A stretch of 64,000 nucleotides of DNA, taken from the NCBI GenBank assembly GCA_041640595.1, contig JBEPZY010000001.1, positions 416,001 to 480,000 of the forward strand. The letters run 5' to 3'. The notes below the pieces were generated by a model. It was not told the DNA's origin and ran no database searches. It saw only the letters and a list, made by a program, of their open reading frames with translations. Shown piece by piece: positions 40,042 through 49,814 of the stretch. Every line of letters begins with the position of its first letter. The first letter of the stretch is position 1. A program made the translations under genes and the position numbers. The DNA comes from Gemmatales bacterium. GTDB taxonomy: Bacteria; Planctomycetota; Planctomycetia; Gemmatales; HRBIN36.

Positions 40042-40992
40042 TCAGAGCGAAACAGCATGCCAGCCCGTCACTGACTTATGGACCGCCTGGGCGACTTGAG
40101 CCGGATGGCTGACGAAGGCCAGATGTCCCGCACCGGGGATGCGTACATGCTGAACTTGCGCAATTCGCTGTTCCATTTCTCGTAAGCCGGCGCCGGTCGG
40201 CAGAATATCCAGTTCGCCAGTGATCAACAGGGTCGGCGAGCGAATCGCCGGCAAGGATGGCCGTAAGTTGACCTCTGCAGCCAGACGGAACCGGTGAGCC
40301 ATGACACTCTGGTCGGTCGTCCAGCATTGCCGGGTTACGAATTCAAACAGCGCCGGATCATCGCAGCGCTTGCCGAAAAACAGGTTGAAAAACTGATTGA
40401 CGAAGGGGCTATCGGTAGGAAGCGGAAACTCGCGAAGCACAATGTCGGCAATGCGGCGTAACAGACTTGGGGCAAAGGTTACATCCACGCCTTGAGCGAT
40501 CACCGCGGAAAGACGGTGAGGAAACCTGGCCGCGAACCGCAAGGCGATAAGACCGCCGAAAGATACGCCCATGATCACCGGCCGTTCCAGGCACAGCAAA
40601 TCTACAAACTCGGCCAGGTCATCCACCAGGTCTTCCAGAGTAAATCTTCGCCTGAGAGCAAACGGGTCGTTCTCGCCACGCAGCTGGTAGGCTATGACCG
40701 AGAAGTCGCGGGCCAGGCGTGCGGCGAGCGGACTGACGAGTCCCACACCCCCTGCCAGACCTGGAATGAGCACAAGAGGTTGCCCGTCTCCCCAACATAA
40801 ATACTCGGCCGTGTAATCTCGAAGAACCGCAACGCCGGTTTCCGGAACAGAACACCTCGACCTTGGTAACGTCAGCAGATCCCAGCTAATGCTTGAAGCC
40901 AGCACAGTTGCACCTCCTTGCTGCCTCTTCCCCTGGCCAGACAGCATCGCGTTGCTGCCGGCTGGTGAAGCTCTTAGTAGTGCAGTTTCCAT
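40042..40992 (-). CDS. Alpha/beta hydrolase
   Basis: LIPGLAG, nucleophile elbow GVSFGG, GELD and GAGH. Confidence 0.9.
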   Translation of the reverse strand: METALLRASPAGSNAMLSGQGKRQQGGATVLASSISWDLLTLPRSRCSVPETGVAVLRDYTAEYLCWGDGQPLVLIPGLAGGVGLVSPLAARLARDFSVIAYQLRGENDPFALRRRFTLEDLVDDLAEFVDLLCLERPVIMGVSFGGLIALRFAARFPHRLSAVIAQGVDVTFAPSLLRRIADIVLREFPLPTDSPFVNQFFNLFFGKRCDDPALFEFVTRQCWTTDQSVMAHRFRLAAEVNLRPSLPAIRSPTLLITGELDILPTGAGLREMEQRIAQVQHVRIPGAGHLAFVSHPAQVAQAVHKSVTGWHAVSL

Positions 40993-41362
40993 GCCCGACG
41001 GGCCGAAAATAACGCCCGAAAACGCGGATTTATCGCCTTTAGAGGCAAGGAGTCATCGCTGGCTGTCAAGCCACGTAGTTTTTGACCAATGATATAAAAA
41101 ATCTAGCTGTTGCCTGGGAACTTTCGAGCCGCTTTGAACTGAAGTTGCGCGACGTATCTGTGAACTACTACCGGCCAAACGCGGGTGACGAAGATATGGC
41201 GCCTTGTTACATCGGCGCCAGGTGCCGAATTTTCGACACCCAGGCAGCACCAGCCTGGCAAAATGAAAACGACCCTGGAAAATCGCGTATCCATATTAGC
41301 GGACGTGGAAGACGCACTCTAATCAGGCAGGTAAAAATGCGGAAAATAATCGGGGGCTTTAC

Positions 41363-43174
41363 CTAAGCGTGGATGATGAGGCGAACACTCTCGGGCAGGT
41401 ATTGACCCACTTCCTGAATAACATCGCCCTTCATGGCTTTCCATAGCGGACCGCGCTGGCTGGCACCGAGAATCAAGACGTCGGCTCCGTGTATGACGGC
41501 TGTTTCAGCGATCATCGCCGCCACGTTATCGCTGGCTGTATAGACGGGACGCCAGGGTACACCGGCTTCTCGTGCCAATTGGTCCACTTCCGCGAACAGC
41601 TTACTGGCTTCCTGATCGCTGCGAGGGTCCAGCAGTTCTTCGTCCGGCCCCATGGGTAAAATCGCCAGTTGACGTACAAACAGGACACGCAACTCTGCCT
41701 GGCGGCTCTTGGCTTCCTCAACCGCAAACTGCAACAGTCGGGGATTGCCTCCTCGTGCGGCAACCATGACGATACCTTTCGGCTCGTAGGCGTGCTTTGC
41801 TTCCGCCGCAGCTTCAGCAGTTTCCGACCCGGACTCGCCTTCGGTCGGGGCAGGGGTGAGGGCTTTCCGCAGCGGAGCAGGCAAGCGACTTATACTGTCG
41901 GCCAGCTCAGCCCGATGCCGCACCAGCCAGCGTGCACCCAGACCGGCTCCCAGAACCACCAGGGCGAAAATCAATGCGTGGACTTTGGTTACGGCAATGG
42001 TGAGCCAGACCACGAGCATGAGCGCGGCCAGCAATGCCAGCCCCAATCGCTCCCAGCTCGCCAAGTCGTTACGGCGAGCGGTAGCGGTGGCTCCCAGGTT
42101 GATGGTAATCGCTCCAACCACGCCAATGGCGTACAGGTCGGCGAGCTTGGCTACGTCGGGAAACAAGAGCAACACCGTCAGCGGCACGCCGGTCGCCAAA
42201 AGCAGGGGCAGCAATGGTACGCCATAACCGTTTAGCTGCAACATATTTTTGGGCAACTCACCGTCTCGCGCCATCATAAACTGGATACTGACCAGGCCGG
42301 ATAAGGCAGTGTTGACCGCCGATAATAGCAGTAGTGCAAAAACAATGGAAGAAACAGCGGCAAAGCGTGGGCCGACGTAGTACTCGGCAAGGGCACGCAA
42401 CATGTCATCGCGATGCGCTGTGTATTGTGCATCTACGTTGCCATCGCCCAGAAAAACTGCGGGTACCGCCAGCATGGCCAACGTAAGCAGCAGGTTCAGG
42501 GTAACAATCTCCGCCAGCACTGGGTAAATGGCCAATTTGGAAGTGCGTTCGACCGGGCGAACCATGATACCGGTCATGTTGGCGACAGCTTCGACGCCGG
42601 ACACCGCCAGGATGATAGAGACAAACTGTCGCCACATCTGCCAGGCATCGCCGCTTGGTCGCTCAATGTGTGCCTGGGGGAGCGAGGGGACGGCAAACGA
42701 GGCAATGACAATTGTCATGGCTACCGTAAGCACGGCGATAACCAGTGCCCCGGTTCCGGATTTGCGCGGCCCGAAGAAGTTGAACATACCGATAGCGGCA
42801 ATACTAACAGCCGCCCACCATTCCGGATGCGGCACATTGAGATAATGGAAAGCGTCGAGAGCCGATATTGATGCCGTGATGATGTAGTCAGCGCATAACA
42901 GTAAACCGCCCACCACGGCAAGCATTTGTGAGCGTTCCCGGGCCGAAGAATAGACTCCACCACCGTCCGGATGCAGCCGACAAATCACAGAATAGGCCCA
43001 GCCTAGCAACACCAGAAGAGCCGACATCGCCAGCATGAACCACAGCGAGGCGTGATGAGTGTAATAGAAGCACAATCCCAGCACGTACAACCGGCTGGTG
43101 CCCCAGTCGCCGAACAGCATGGGGCCAGCATGATACCAGTGGAGTTCCCGAGGCCGGCGCGGTCGCGGAACCAT
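41363..43174 (-). CDS. APC-superfamily transporter (KimA/YdaO-like) with C-terminal USP domain
   Basis: GDWGTSRLY, GGGVY, SGVEAVAN and LYAIGV; USP-like LILGASQR..GDV; AAAGAGG RBS before ATG 43174. Confidence 0.85.
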   Translation of the reverse strand: MVPRPRRPRELHWYHAGPMLFGDWGTSRLYVLGLCFYYTHHASLWFMLAMSALLVLLGWAYSVICRLHPDGGGVYSSARERSQMLAVVGGLLLCADYIITASISALDAFHYLNVPHPEWWAAVSIAAIGMFNFFGPRKSGTGALVIAVLTVAMTIVIASFAVPSLPQAHIERPSGDAWQMWRQFVSIILAVSGVEAVANMTGIMVRPVERTSKLAIYPVLAEIVTLNLLLTLAMLAVPAVFLGDGNVDAQYTAHRDDMLRALAEYYVGPRFAAVSSIVFALLLLSAVNTALSGLVSIQFMMARDGELPKNMLQLNGYGVPLLPLLLATGVPLTVLLLFPDVAKLADLYAIGVVGAITINLGATATARRNDLASWERLGLALLAALMLVVWLTIAVTKVHALIFALVVLGAGLGARWLVRHRAELADSISRLPAPLRKALTPAPTEGESGSETAEAAAEAKHAYEPKGIVMVAARGGNPRLLQFAVEEAKSRQAELRVLFVRQLAILPMGPDEELLDPRSDQEASKLFAEVDQLAREAGVPWRPVYTASDNVAAMIAETAVIHGADVLILGASQRGPLWKAMKGDVIQEVGQYLPESVRLIIHA

Positions 43175-43188
43175 GACAGTAACCTCTT

Positions 43189-43392
43189 TTAGTTGGCAGC
43201 TGGTAAAAACATCACGGAAAAAGTCGGGTACGGCCGTCGGCCTAACCGCAACCACGCAAGGCCAGGAACGATCCTGCCGCCCAGCTGTTCCTCGGCGGGT
43301 AGCAGAAACCCGAAGAGACTCCCGTCGTCAGCCGGGTCAATTCCCCGGCCGGATAGACTACGCCTGCACAAGCCAGAGCAAGAATCGGCCAT
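43189..43392 (-). CDS. Candidate 67-aa leader ORF between riboswitch and transporter
   Basis: GAGGA RBS 6 nt before ATG; its TAA abuts the transporter RBS. Confidence 0.45.
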   Translation of the reverse strand: MADSCSGLCRRSLSGRGIDPADDGSLFGFLLPAEEQLGGRIVPGLAWLRLGRRPYPTFSVMFLPAAN

Positions 43393-43404
43393 AGAAATTC
43401 CTCG

Positions 43405-43578
43405 CGGACGCTTACGGGGTTAGCTGACGGGTTCGGGGCCGAGGTTACCCCTACCGGCCCGGATGACGGTTCCGCATCGTAACTGGCAGTCGTTATTTCT
43501 TGACCGCCAGGCGAGCCGGATTCACCCCAGTCTTTGGGTCCCCCGTTCCAACCGTGTCGCGGTCGGATTCAGCGACGT
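43405..43578 (-). promoter_or_regulatory. c-di-AMP (ydaO/yuaA) riboswitch
   Basis: Minus strand reads CGCTGAATCC..GGGGGACC..GGGGTGAATCC..GGTAGGG..CCCGAACCCGTCAGCTAACCCCGTAAGCG. Confidence 0.93.
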
Positions 43579-43603
43579 TTGATATTCCATTTTACGGTAA
43601 GCC

Positions 43604-43631
43604 GTTATATCCCTACGCCTCCTCCCGTCAA
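43604..43631 (-). promoter_or_regulatory. sigma70 promoter for the riboswitch transcript
   Basis: TTGACG-N16-TATAAC about 25 nt upstream of the aptamer. Confidence 0.6.
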
Positions 43632-43698
43632 GAGAACCCGGTGCACCTTCTATCCGAACTTATGTAGCAACCAGCGCATACGCTCCGCATGGTGAGTG

Positions 43699-45759
43699 TC
43701 AACCAGCCTGCGGACAACCGTCGATTACCAGTCGGCACGGTGGCAGTGCTTCCAGAAAACGCCGGCCATACGGTTTGGTGAGGATGCGTGGGTCGAGGAT
43801 CACGACCCGGCCTGTGTCGGTTTTGGTGCGAATCAGTCGGCCGAAACCTTGCTTCAACTTGATGACGGCCAGAGGCACCTGATACTCAAAAAACGGGTTT
43901 CGACCTGCTTCCCGGAGCGCATCAATTCTGGCTTCGACTAGTGGTCGGTCGGGGACGGCAAAGGGCAGGCGGGTGATGATCACCGTTTGCAGCGCCTCGC
44001 CCGGCACATCTACGCCTTGCCAGAAACTGTCCACGCCGAACAGTACAGCGTTGCCTGCTTCTCGAAACCGCTGCACCATCTGTTGCCTGGACAAATTTTC
44101 TCCCTGGCACAAAAACGGATAACCACGTTCCTGGAACCATGAACGTAACTGATCAGCCAGGCGTTGCATTTGCTCGGTATTGGTGAATAAGACAAAGGTC
44201 CGGCCACCGCTATCGGAAACATACTGGCGAATGTAACGTTTGAGCATTTCTTCCTGTTGCTGCGGTTCCGCGGCCGGGTCGGGAATCATGCGAAACAGAT
44301 GCAGCTCTGCCTGGCGACGGTAGTCGAAGGGGCTGCCGAGTTGTAGCGTCTGTACGGAAAGCGAGCCGTTTGTTGATGGGCCGGACGTTTCCGCGAGGCC
44401 GAGACGATCGGCGAAGAAAGCAAAACCAGAATTGCCCGGCCCGGTGCTCAGCGTGGCACTGGTAAGAATAACGCTCGGAATGCGGTCGAAGACGTGTTCA
44501 CGCAAAGCTGGTCCGACATGAATGGGTGCCGATGCCAGGACGATGCGTGGCTGAGCCCGACCGAAGCTGCGCTCCAGCCAGTAAACCTGGTTTTCGAGAC
44601 GCTGATCGAGCCAGCCGGTTATCAAATCCGCAAAACTTTCGCATCGCCGGGCTGCTGCCTGGAGTTCGATTCGCAATTCGTCAGTGCTTACCTCACCAGC
44701 CACTTTCTGGATGCGGTGGGCCAGCGCGTGTAATTCCACGCTGAGATGGGCGGGAATCGGGATTGGCTCACGAACTCGAAATGTATCGGCAAATGCAGCC
44801 TGAGTGGACACATTCCGGCGACCATTGTCGCTGCGAGAGGACGGTTGCCAGGTAGCCAGCTGGCCGAAAAATTCCTCCGCAGCCCGGCGAACAATGGCGA
44901 CCTGATCGCGGCTTTCTTCATCTCCCAGAGCAGTCAGCAAGCCTCGCCCCGATTTCGGCGAGAATAAGCGGTTGAGAAGGAAATTGACTTGCGTGTTGGA
45001 CAGGCTGATACCGAAATGCTCCGCCGCGACATCCTCCAGTGTGTGGGCTTCGTCGAAAATGACCGCTTCGTACTCGGGTAGCAAAGCAGCACCATCGCTG
45101 GCCAGCCGCAACGCCAGATCAGCGAAAAACAGGGCGTGATTGACGACCAGAATCTGTGCCTTACGTGCCAGTTGCCGCGACCGGAAGAAAAAGCAACCGT
45201 CGTAATAAGGACACCGTCGCCCCAGGCAATTATCCGAATCACTGGCGACCTGATCCCAGACGCTTTGTAAAGGCTGGAAATCCAGGTCGCTCAGGGTGCC
45301 ATCGTCCGTTTCATTCGCCCAGTTCACCAGCCGTGCCATCTGGGCCAGCTCTTCCTGGCGTTCGAACAATTGAGCGGCGCGAGGAGCAGCCACAGCCAGA
45401 CGTCGCCGGCTGAGGTAATTGCTTCGCCCCTTGAGCAGCACTGCCGTGAAAGGTTCCGGCAAGGCCCGACGCAACAGCGGCAAATCCTTGTGCACCAACT
45501 GCTCCTGCAGACTAATCGTGTAGGTGGAAATGACGATGCGAGTGTCGCTATGTTCCTGAGCAAAAAAGATAGCTGGCACCAGGTAGGCAAAGCTCTTACC
45601 GACCCCAGTTCCTGCTTCGACCATCAAATGCCGGCGAGATGCGAGCGCAGCCGCAACTGCTCGAGCCATTTCCAGCTGCTGCGGCCGGTTTTCATATTGC
45701 CCCAAACAGCGTGAGATATAACCACCCGGCCCTAAAGCCTGTTCCACTCGGTTTTCCAT
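43699..45759 (-). CDS. dinG: DinG/YoaA-family helicase
   Basis: RPQQ, EAGTGVGKS, Fe-S Cys cluster, DEAH, TSATL, FWQGVD and QGFGRLIR. Confidence 0.92.
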   Translation of the reverse strand: MENRVEQALGPGGYISRCLGQYENRPQQLEMARAVAAALASRRHLMVEAGTGVGKSFAYLVPAIFFAQEHSDTRIVISTYTISLQEQLVHKDLPLLRRALPEPFTAVLLKGRSNYLSRRRLAVAAPRAAQLFERQEELAQMARLVNWANETDDGTLSDLDFQPLQSVWDQVASDSDNCLGRRCPYYDGCFFFRSRQLARKAQILVVNHALFFADLALRLASDGAALLPEYEAVIFDEAHTLEDVAAEHFGISLSNTQVNFLLNRLFSPKSGRGLLTALGDEESRDQVAIVRRAAEEFFGQLATWQPSSRSDNGRRNVSTQAAFADTFRVREPIPIPAHLSVELHALAHRIQKVAGEVSTDELRIELQAAARRCESFADLITGWLDQRLENQVYWLERSFGRAQPRIVLASAPIHVGPALREHVFDRIPSVILTSATLSTGPGNSGFAFFADRLGLAETSGPSTNGSLSVQTLQLGSPFDYRRQAELHLFRMIPDPAAEPQQQEEMLKRYIRQYVSDSGGRTFVLFTNTEQMQRLADQLRSWFQERGYPFLCQGENLSRQQMVQRFREAGNAVLFGVDSFWQGVDVPGEALQTVIITRLPFAVPDRPLVEARIDALREAGRNPFFEYQVPLAVIKLKQGFGRLIRTKTDTGRVVILDPRILTKPYGRRFLEALPPCRLVIDGCPQAG

Positions 45760-45975
45760 ACCGTTATTTTGCCAATTTCTCCTGTCGCCGACCAACCCGG
45801 TACTGCATCTGCGATAATCTTAGCGGCCAACCCGTGCCCTGGTGCAAAAAATTCGGTATGCGTTGCATCGGGCTTATCACGCTTCGATTGCTACGATGCG
45901 CCCGACGCACCAGCGAAGCCCTGACAAGACCTGTCTGTCAGGGTTGCCGAGCGGTTATATCAGGGACGACGAAAC

Positions 45976-47394
45976 TTATTTTGCGCCGGTGTGCCGAATG
46001 CAATACACAACAGCACCGGTGCGAATGACCAAGGCTCCATCCACAACTGCGGCACCATACTGCACCGGGTCGGGAAAATCTAAACCGCCCGGCCCCTTAC
46101 GCGGTGTGCCTTGACCAGGTGCGGGTTTTGACTGTGCGGCGTGATGATCGTCCTTGACTTTTGCGACAGGCGACTGATTTTCCCACAGCTGGTTCTCAGC
46201 CAGCACTTCCAATTTTCGCCCGGCCCGCAGCACTGTCGTTAGCCCATCCTTGCCGAAGAAGTAAACGCGGTCACCGATGCCCATGGGGGTTGCCCAGCAG
46301 GATTGTTTCAGACGCGTAGTGTATAGTTCTTCACCTGTGGCTAAGTCATAAGCAAACAGTCCACCGACCTTGTTAGTCCAGTAGGCGACTCCCTGGTGCA
46401 CACATGGAGATGCAAAAGAGGCCAGAGCTTTCACCCGCCAGACCACTCGCGGTTGCCAGTCTGAGTCCTGGCAGGTAACTTCTAAGCAAAAGTTAGAACG
46501 CCGGGCTTCCTCCTGGTACTGGTCATTATGCCCTGGTGTAGCCGCTATAAGCATTTTTCCCGGAGCAAAGCATACGGGCGTCGGAACAACGTTCCCGCCC
46601 ACGTCCTTGACACTCCAGAGCAGTTTGCCTGTCTGGCAATCGTAAGCATCCACGCTGCCATTCGAACTGATTACCACCTGGGCTTTACCATTCGCCACGA
46701 AGATTGCGGGGGAAGACCAGCTCTGCCGGCTTGGCCGATCCACTTTCCATGCCGTTTTTCCCGTGGCTTTGTCTATAGCTAACAAATAAGAAGGTCCGGA
46801 ATGTTCTACTAGCACATAGATTTTATCCAGCCACTGCGCGGGACTGGCGCCTAAACCAAATGGTGCTATAAAGGCGCCATATTCCTTGACCAGGTCTCTC
46901 TCCCAGACCTTCTTGCCCGCGTGATCCAGGGCCACTAAGTTCCCAGTCTCAAAAAACGCATAAATGCGTTCGTCATCCACCACTGGAGTGGGCGCTGCCC
47001 GACTGTGATAATAGCTACTTTCAGCAGTCATCGCGGGAGGAATTGTTGCATCCCACACCACACTCCCATCACTGAGACGCAGCGCAGTTACATGGCATTT
47101 ATCCCGTATAGTTCCTTCCAAAGAGGTAACGTAAACCTTATCTCCCCAGATAACCGGCGATGATTGGCCCTGTCCCGGAAGTTTCGATTTCCAGGCGATA
47201 TTTTCTTTCGGCGACCAGCGTATAGGAATGCTATCGGGGTCCTTGATCGGCGTAGCTCCCGCACCTAAAAAAGCCGGCCAGCACGGCACAGCCTTGGGCT
47301 GCGATGCAGGTGTGGTAAGTATGCCTTTCAATAAGGTCGCCACTAACAAACCCGCGATGCAGCTGCACTTCGACAAAGGCTTGATCCTTAGCAT
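45976..47394 (-). CDS. PQQ-like/BamB beta-propeller protein
   Basis: WPAFLG, WSP.ENIAW..PGQGQSSP, APTP and SWSSP. Confidence 0.88.
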   Translation of the reverse strand: MLRIKPLSKCSCIAGLLVATLLKGILTTPASQPKAVPCWPAFLGAGATPIKDPDSIPIRWSPKENIAWKSKLPGQGQSSPVIWGDKVYVTSLEGTIRDKCHVTALRLSDGSVVWDATIPPAMTAESSYYHSRAAPTPVVDDERIYAFFETGNLVALDHAGKKVWERDLVKEYGAFIAPFGLGASPAQWLDKIYVLVEHSGPSYLLAIDKATGKTAWKVDRPSRQSWSSPAIFVANGKAQVVISSNGSVDAYDCQTGKLLWSVKDVGGNVVPTPVCFAPGKMLIAATPGHNDQYQEEARRSNFCLEVTCQDSDWQPRVVWRVKALASFASPCVHQGVAYWTNKVGGLFAYDLATGEELYTTRLKQSCWATPMGIGDRVYFFGKDGLTTVLRAGRKLEVLAENQLWENQSPVAKVKDDHHAAQSKPAPGQGTPRKGPGGLDFPDPVQYGAAVVDGALVIRTGAVVYCIRHTGAK

Positions 47395-47497
47395 AGCATT
47401 CTCCTAAGGTGTAAGGGGTTCCCGCGATCTATTCTCCTCGTGGGCAACTTTACGCTGGGCCAGTTCCCTTCTCTATGATATAGCCCCAAGCAAAAGT

Positions 47498-48493
47498 TTA
47501 TTGCTCGATAGAAACGATTTCTCCGCCTGCACGGGTGGAGATAGCGCGCCAAACTGTGATATCTACGCTGTTGCGCACGAAGCGGATGGCACCGTCTCCC
47601 AATAAGAGATTCACGCCGCCGGGATGATTGGAGCGGGCTGTGCTAAGCGACTTATTGTTCCAGCCGTTTCCACAGTCCCAGTTTACTGAATTCGGTGTGT
47701 AAAAATGGTTGTAAAGAGTGCTGCCATAATGGCCATCTATCCACTTAGCACCTCGCTGTCCATTCCAAGTGCCGCCGCTGGCCGACTCGCATTGAGCAGG
47801 TGTCGGGTCAGAGCCACTAGGCACCACGAAGCGGTGTCGCTTAGGATTAGCGTTGCTGGCACTGGCAGGGGTATTCCCGTCTCCAAGCAAGGATTCACTC
47901 AGCAAAGCCGTGTTTGAACTGCCATCGAAAATGTCGCTGACCCGCATTGGCTGATCGGTAAACACACCATCTCCTAAACTAACATTACCAAAGCCCACAG
48001 CACCGCTGCCAACACAGGCAACGTAATTCGTCGGGCCATAAGGTTGGTTAGGCACGCGAGGTCGTATTCCATCGCTGGGACAAACGAAGAGACTTATCAC
48101 GGCCTTCGAAGGACAATTGGGATTAGAGTTATCATTGGGATTAGTACCGGTGCCAAAAAAATCAAGGGGTGGTTGGCTAAAGTCCACTAGGTTATGTAGA
48201 TTATCTTGCTCAACATAAGGCAGCAACCGAGCTAATGGCGAGAAAACCATCGGAAAAGGCTGCCTTGCGGGAGGAAATTGATCCAGAGCGGCATGATGGT
48301 TGTGCAGGGCAATGCCTAACTGGCGCAGGTTGCTTGCACAGCGCATGCGATTGGCTGCTTCGCGTACCCGCTGAATCGCCGGGAGCAGCAGGGCCATGAG
48401 CAGGCCGATAATGGCGATCACCACCAATAGCTCAACCAGCGTAAAGCCGCGGGTTCCCCTTTTTATTGCAGTTAGCCGTTTCGTTTCTTGCAT
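47498..48493 (-). CDS. DUF1559 prepilin-type protein
   Basis: [38 protein letters not shown] and SNHPGGVN...DG; GGAGG RBS. Confidence 0.95.
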   Translation of the reverse strand: MQETKRLTAIKRGTRGFTLVELLVVIAIIGLLMALLLPAIQRVREAANRMRCASNLRQLGIALHNHHAALDQFPPARQPFPMVFSPLARLLPYVEQDNLHNLVDFSQPPLDFFGTGTNPNDNSNPNCPSKAVISLFVCPSDGIRPRVPNQPYGPTNYVACVGSGAVGFGNVSLGDGVFTDQPMRVSDIFDGSSNTALLSESLLGDGNTPASASNANPKRHRFVVPSGSDPTPAQCESASGGTWNGQRGAKWIDGHYGSTLYNHFYTPNSVNWDCGNGWNNKSLSTARSNHPGGVNLLLGDGAIRFVRNSVDITVWRAISTRAGGEIVSIEQ

Positions 48494-48679
48494 ATTATTC
48501 CCTCCTAATGAAAGACCGGTGTTGTCTAAGCAAATGGCGCATGGTTGAAGTGGTCTCCTAAATCCCTCAAAGACACCAGTTACAGGGAGCATAGCTATAG
48601 CGGCAGCGTTGCGAAAGTAGCTATGCCAAGCTGGCAACAGCTTCAGGCTCTATGTTCGTCCGCTTACCCAACCAAATGC

Positions 48680-49348
48680 TTAGACGCGAGGCGGAGGGGC
48701 TGCTGGACAAAGATCGCATTGCGGTTTCAGGAGTAACTCTGAGCAAACGTATGGTTGTTCGTCTAAGTTCAATCCGGCAAGCTTAGCTGGTCCGTTAGCG
48801 GGCAGACTTAGTATGGGACTGGTTAACTCGTCTCCTTCGCCTTGACAACGTTTTCGCAACTGAGGATGCACCCATTTGCAGTCTTTGGAAGCGAATGACT
48901 CCGTTTTCTCATTGTTGCAAACGTGATCGCGCCGAACATCTTCACGACAGCATTCCGGGCACCTGTGTTCATTGTCTTGGGCACAGGAGTTTGCCTCACA
49001 GCATGGCTCAGCCAACGTATTGGAGCCGCACGATTGGGAATCAAGGATAGGACTTAGTCCCTGTATCATTGGCGGATTATATTGTTTTGCCCAAGCGATT
49101 CGTTCGGCAAGACTTAGGCAGCAGCAGTTATGCCAGCAATCTTCCGCATTCTTACAACCGCAAGGTCGGTACATGCAGGGGAATGGCACACGTAAATCCT
49201 TATGCCAACCAACGCGCGAAATAAACGCCGGCAGCCCGAATAGGGATAACATGTGCCCTATCAGGGTTGCTAGGAGTATGCTGTTGCGAATTACCTGCTG
49301 TAGTCCTCTGCGCCTTATCATTTTTGGCAGGATATTAGCAAGAGTCAT
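48680..49348 (-). CDS. Cys-rich exported or membrane-anchored protein ending CxxC-PAAPPPRV
   Basis: N-terminal hydrophobic helix, PFPC...CGC....CW..CCC, many further Cys residues. Confidence 0.75.
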   Translation of the reverse strand: MTLANILPKMIRRRGLQQVIRNSILLATLIGHMLSLFGLPAFISRVGWHKDLRVPFPCMYRPCGCKNAEDCWHNCCCLSLAERIAWAKQYNPPMIQGLSPILDSQSCGSNTLAEPCCEANSCAQDNEHRCPECCREDVRRDHVCNNEKTESFASKDCKWVHPQLRKRCQGEGDELTSPILSLPANGPAKLAGLNLDEQPYVCSELLLKPQCDLCPAAPPPRV

Positions 49349-49814
49349 ACCGTTATCACGTATTATTACCGAAACCGCACGGACGTCTAGATGGTTCTAG
49401 GTACTCGTAGCCAGTTCGGTATCGTCTTTGGCAGCCCGCAATAGTGCGGAAAGGTTGTCTGCGCAGTTGGGAGTTATTCCGGCGTAGGTTTGTCCCGCAC
49501 GGCCAGTTGAGGCGAAAACCAAAGCGGGCGAGCGTGAGGCAAGGCCGAAAGTTGAAGCAGTCCTGTATGGATGAACGACTGCGAGAATGAACGTCCGCCG
49601 AGCGCAGTGCTAAGTCGGTCAGGCTCGGGGGTTGGTGAGAGGGGCCTTTACCAAACGTCGCGGGTTGGTCCGTTCGTCAGTGCGTTGACCTCAGAGGTTG
49701 GTGGACAGTGGCCGGGCCGGTCATTAGCATATTAGGGGGGTCTATAAGTCCAAAGGTGGGCTAAAGATAACGATCACCGCAATTGCCTGTCGGGCGCAAG
49801 TTGGGAGGCTGGCC

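Noticed and set aside
49349..49814. Long intergenic region as a possible ncRNA
   Set aside because: No recognisable motif or convincing structure; consistent with divergent promoters
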